In this document: piece by piece, positions 63,398-64,000 of the stretch
How positions within the stretch are numbered: position 1 is the first letter of the stretch
Layout of the letters: every line of letters begins with the position of its first letter
NCBI GenBank assembly: GCA_039630085.1
Contig: JBCNVM010000001.1
Coordinates: forward strand, 30,768-94,767
Length of the DNA stretch: 64,000 nucleotides
Direction: 5' to 3'
DNA from: Candidatus Caldarchaeales archaeon
GTDB taxonomy: Archaea > Thermoproteota > Nitrososphaeria_A > Caldarchaeales > Calditenuaceae
Position numbers and translations under genes: made by a program
The notes under the pieces: model-generated
What the model saw: only the letters and a program-made list of their open reading frames with translations
Told to the model about the DNA's origin: nothing
Database searches by the model: none

Positions 63398-64000
63398 ATG
63401 ACGATGTCAGGCCGCAACGTCGTCCTCGAGGAGGTCAAGTCGCTACCGGTTCACAGAAGGGACGCGGAGATTGTCGAGAGGAAGGGGCTGGGCCACCCGG
63501 ACTTCATCATTGACTCGGTCTGCGAGGCGTCGAGCGTGAAGCTCTCGAAGTACTACCTCGAGCGGTTCAACAGGATACTCCACCACAACCTCGACAAGGG
63601 CCTCCTCGTCGGGGGGAGGTCGGCCCCGAGGTTCGGGGGAGGCGAGCTCCTTGAGCCGATACTGATCGTCGTCGCGGGGAGAGCCACGACCCGGGTCAGC
63701 AAGGGCGGCAACAACGAGGAGATACCCGTGGGGGAGATCATTTTGGAGGCGGGAAGGGAGTTCGTGAGGAGGAACTTCAGGTTCCTCGACCCCGACAGGC
63801 ACATCATCTTCGACTACAAGGTGAAGCCCGGGAGCATCGACCTCGTGAGCGTCGTCGAGGCCCGCGAGGAGGTCCCTCTCGCCAACGACACCTCCTTCGG
63901 CGTCGGGTTCGCGCCCTTCACGCCCCTCGAGAGACTGGTCTTCACGACCGAGAGGACGATCAACTCCAAGGAGTTCAAGTCGAGGATCAAGGAGAGCGGG
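63398..64000 (+). CDS. archaeal-type S-adenosylmethionine synthetase, 3'-truncated by the window edge
   Basis: My translation: MTMSGRNVVLEEV...ERKGLGHPDFIIDSVCEA...HHNLDKGLLVGG...ANDTSFGVGFAP. Not in the ORF track because no stop is reached. Confidence 0.88.
   Translation, partial: MTMSGRNVVLEEVKSLPVHRRDAEIVERKGLGHPDFIIDSVCEASSVKLSKYYLERFNRILHHNLDKGLLVGGRSAPRFGGGELLEPILIVVAGRATTRVSKGGNNEEIPVGEIILEAGREFVRRNFRFLDPDRHIIFDYKVKPGSIDLVSVVEAREEVPLANDTSFGVGFAPFTPLERLVFTTERTINSKEFKSRIKESG

Noticed and set aside
1-64000. CRISPR arrays, rRNA genes, IS elements/transposases, integrases and prophage structural genes.
   Set aside because: No regularly spaced 24-40-bp repeats, no rRNA-like sequence, and no DDE, tyrosine or serine recombinase motifs were seen on either strand.

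Overview
A 64-kb chromosomal segment of a high-G+C archaeon. The markers fit a TACK/Thermoproteota-type lineage: an Elf1 homologue, an archaeal histone, an Sm-L37e operon, aEF-1alpha/S7/S10, archaeal-type adenylate kinase and SAM synthetase, intron-bearing tRNAs, and TATA boxes about 25-35 nt upstream of start codons, so transcripts look mostly leaderless. I call about 70 tightly packed, often overlapping protein genes and 4 tRNAs (Ala, Glu, Arg, Leu). There is no rRNA, no CRISPR array and no recognisable transposase or integrase.

Most of the content is housekeeping:
- Translation: tuf, S7, S10, S11, S8, L24e, L37e, GluRS, IleRS, Rio2, TrmI, Trm5-like.
- Metabolism: split methylmalonyl-CoA mutase, aconitase, ArgH, LysK/ArgE, HisH, PdxS, Ndk, MAT.
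- Other: a Liv-type ABC transporter, the A-ATPase A subunit, HerA-NurA, class II photolyase, and two large repeat-rich surface proteins.

Parts that ordinary annotation does not explain:
1. An abrupt ~2-kb AT-rich island (about 2533-4596) sits against the 3' end of tRNA-Glu. It carries two small HTH proteins and a wHTH/coiled-coil/Mrr-like PD-(D/E)xK nuclease, but no integrase.
2. A DNA methyltransferase with permuted motif order is translationally coupled to a 370-aa protein of unknown family (46169-48455).
3. A ~0.65-kb gap (26292-26957) contains a GC-rich tract with no ORF, then a TATA-driven, apparently leaderless 40-aa hyper-acidic Trp/Phe peptide encoded by a ~100-nt polypurine tract.
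4. A ~0.45-kb GC-rich non-coding gap (17102-17584) has weak RNase P-like motifs and a strong terminal hairpin.
5. Two small genes are absent from the ORF track: L37e and a 42-aa zinc-ribbon ORF.
6. Several short operator-like repeats lie in divergent promoter regions.

No computation or database search was possible. All family calls rest on motif recognition by eye.
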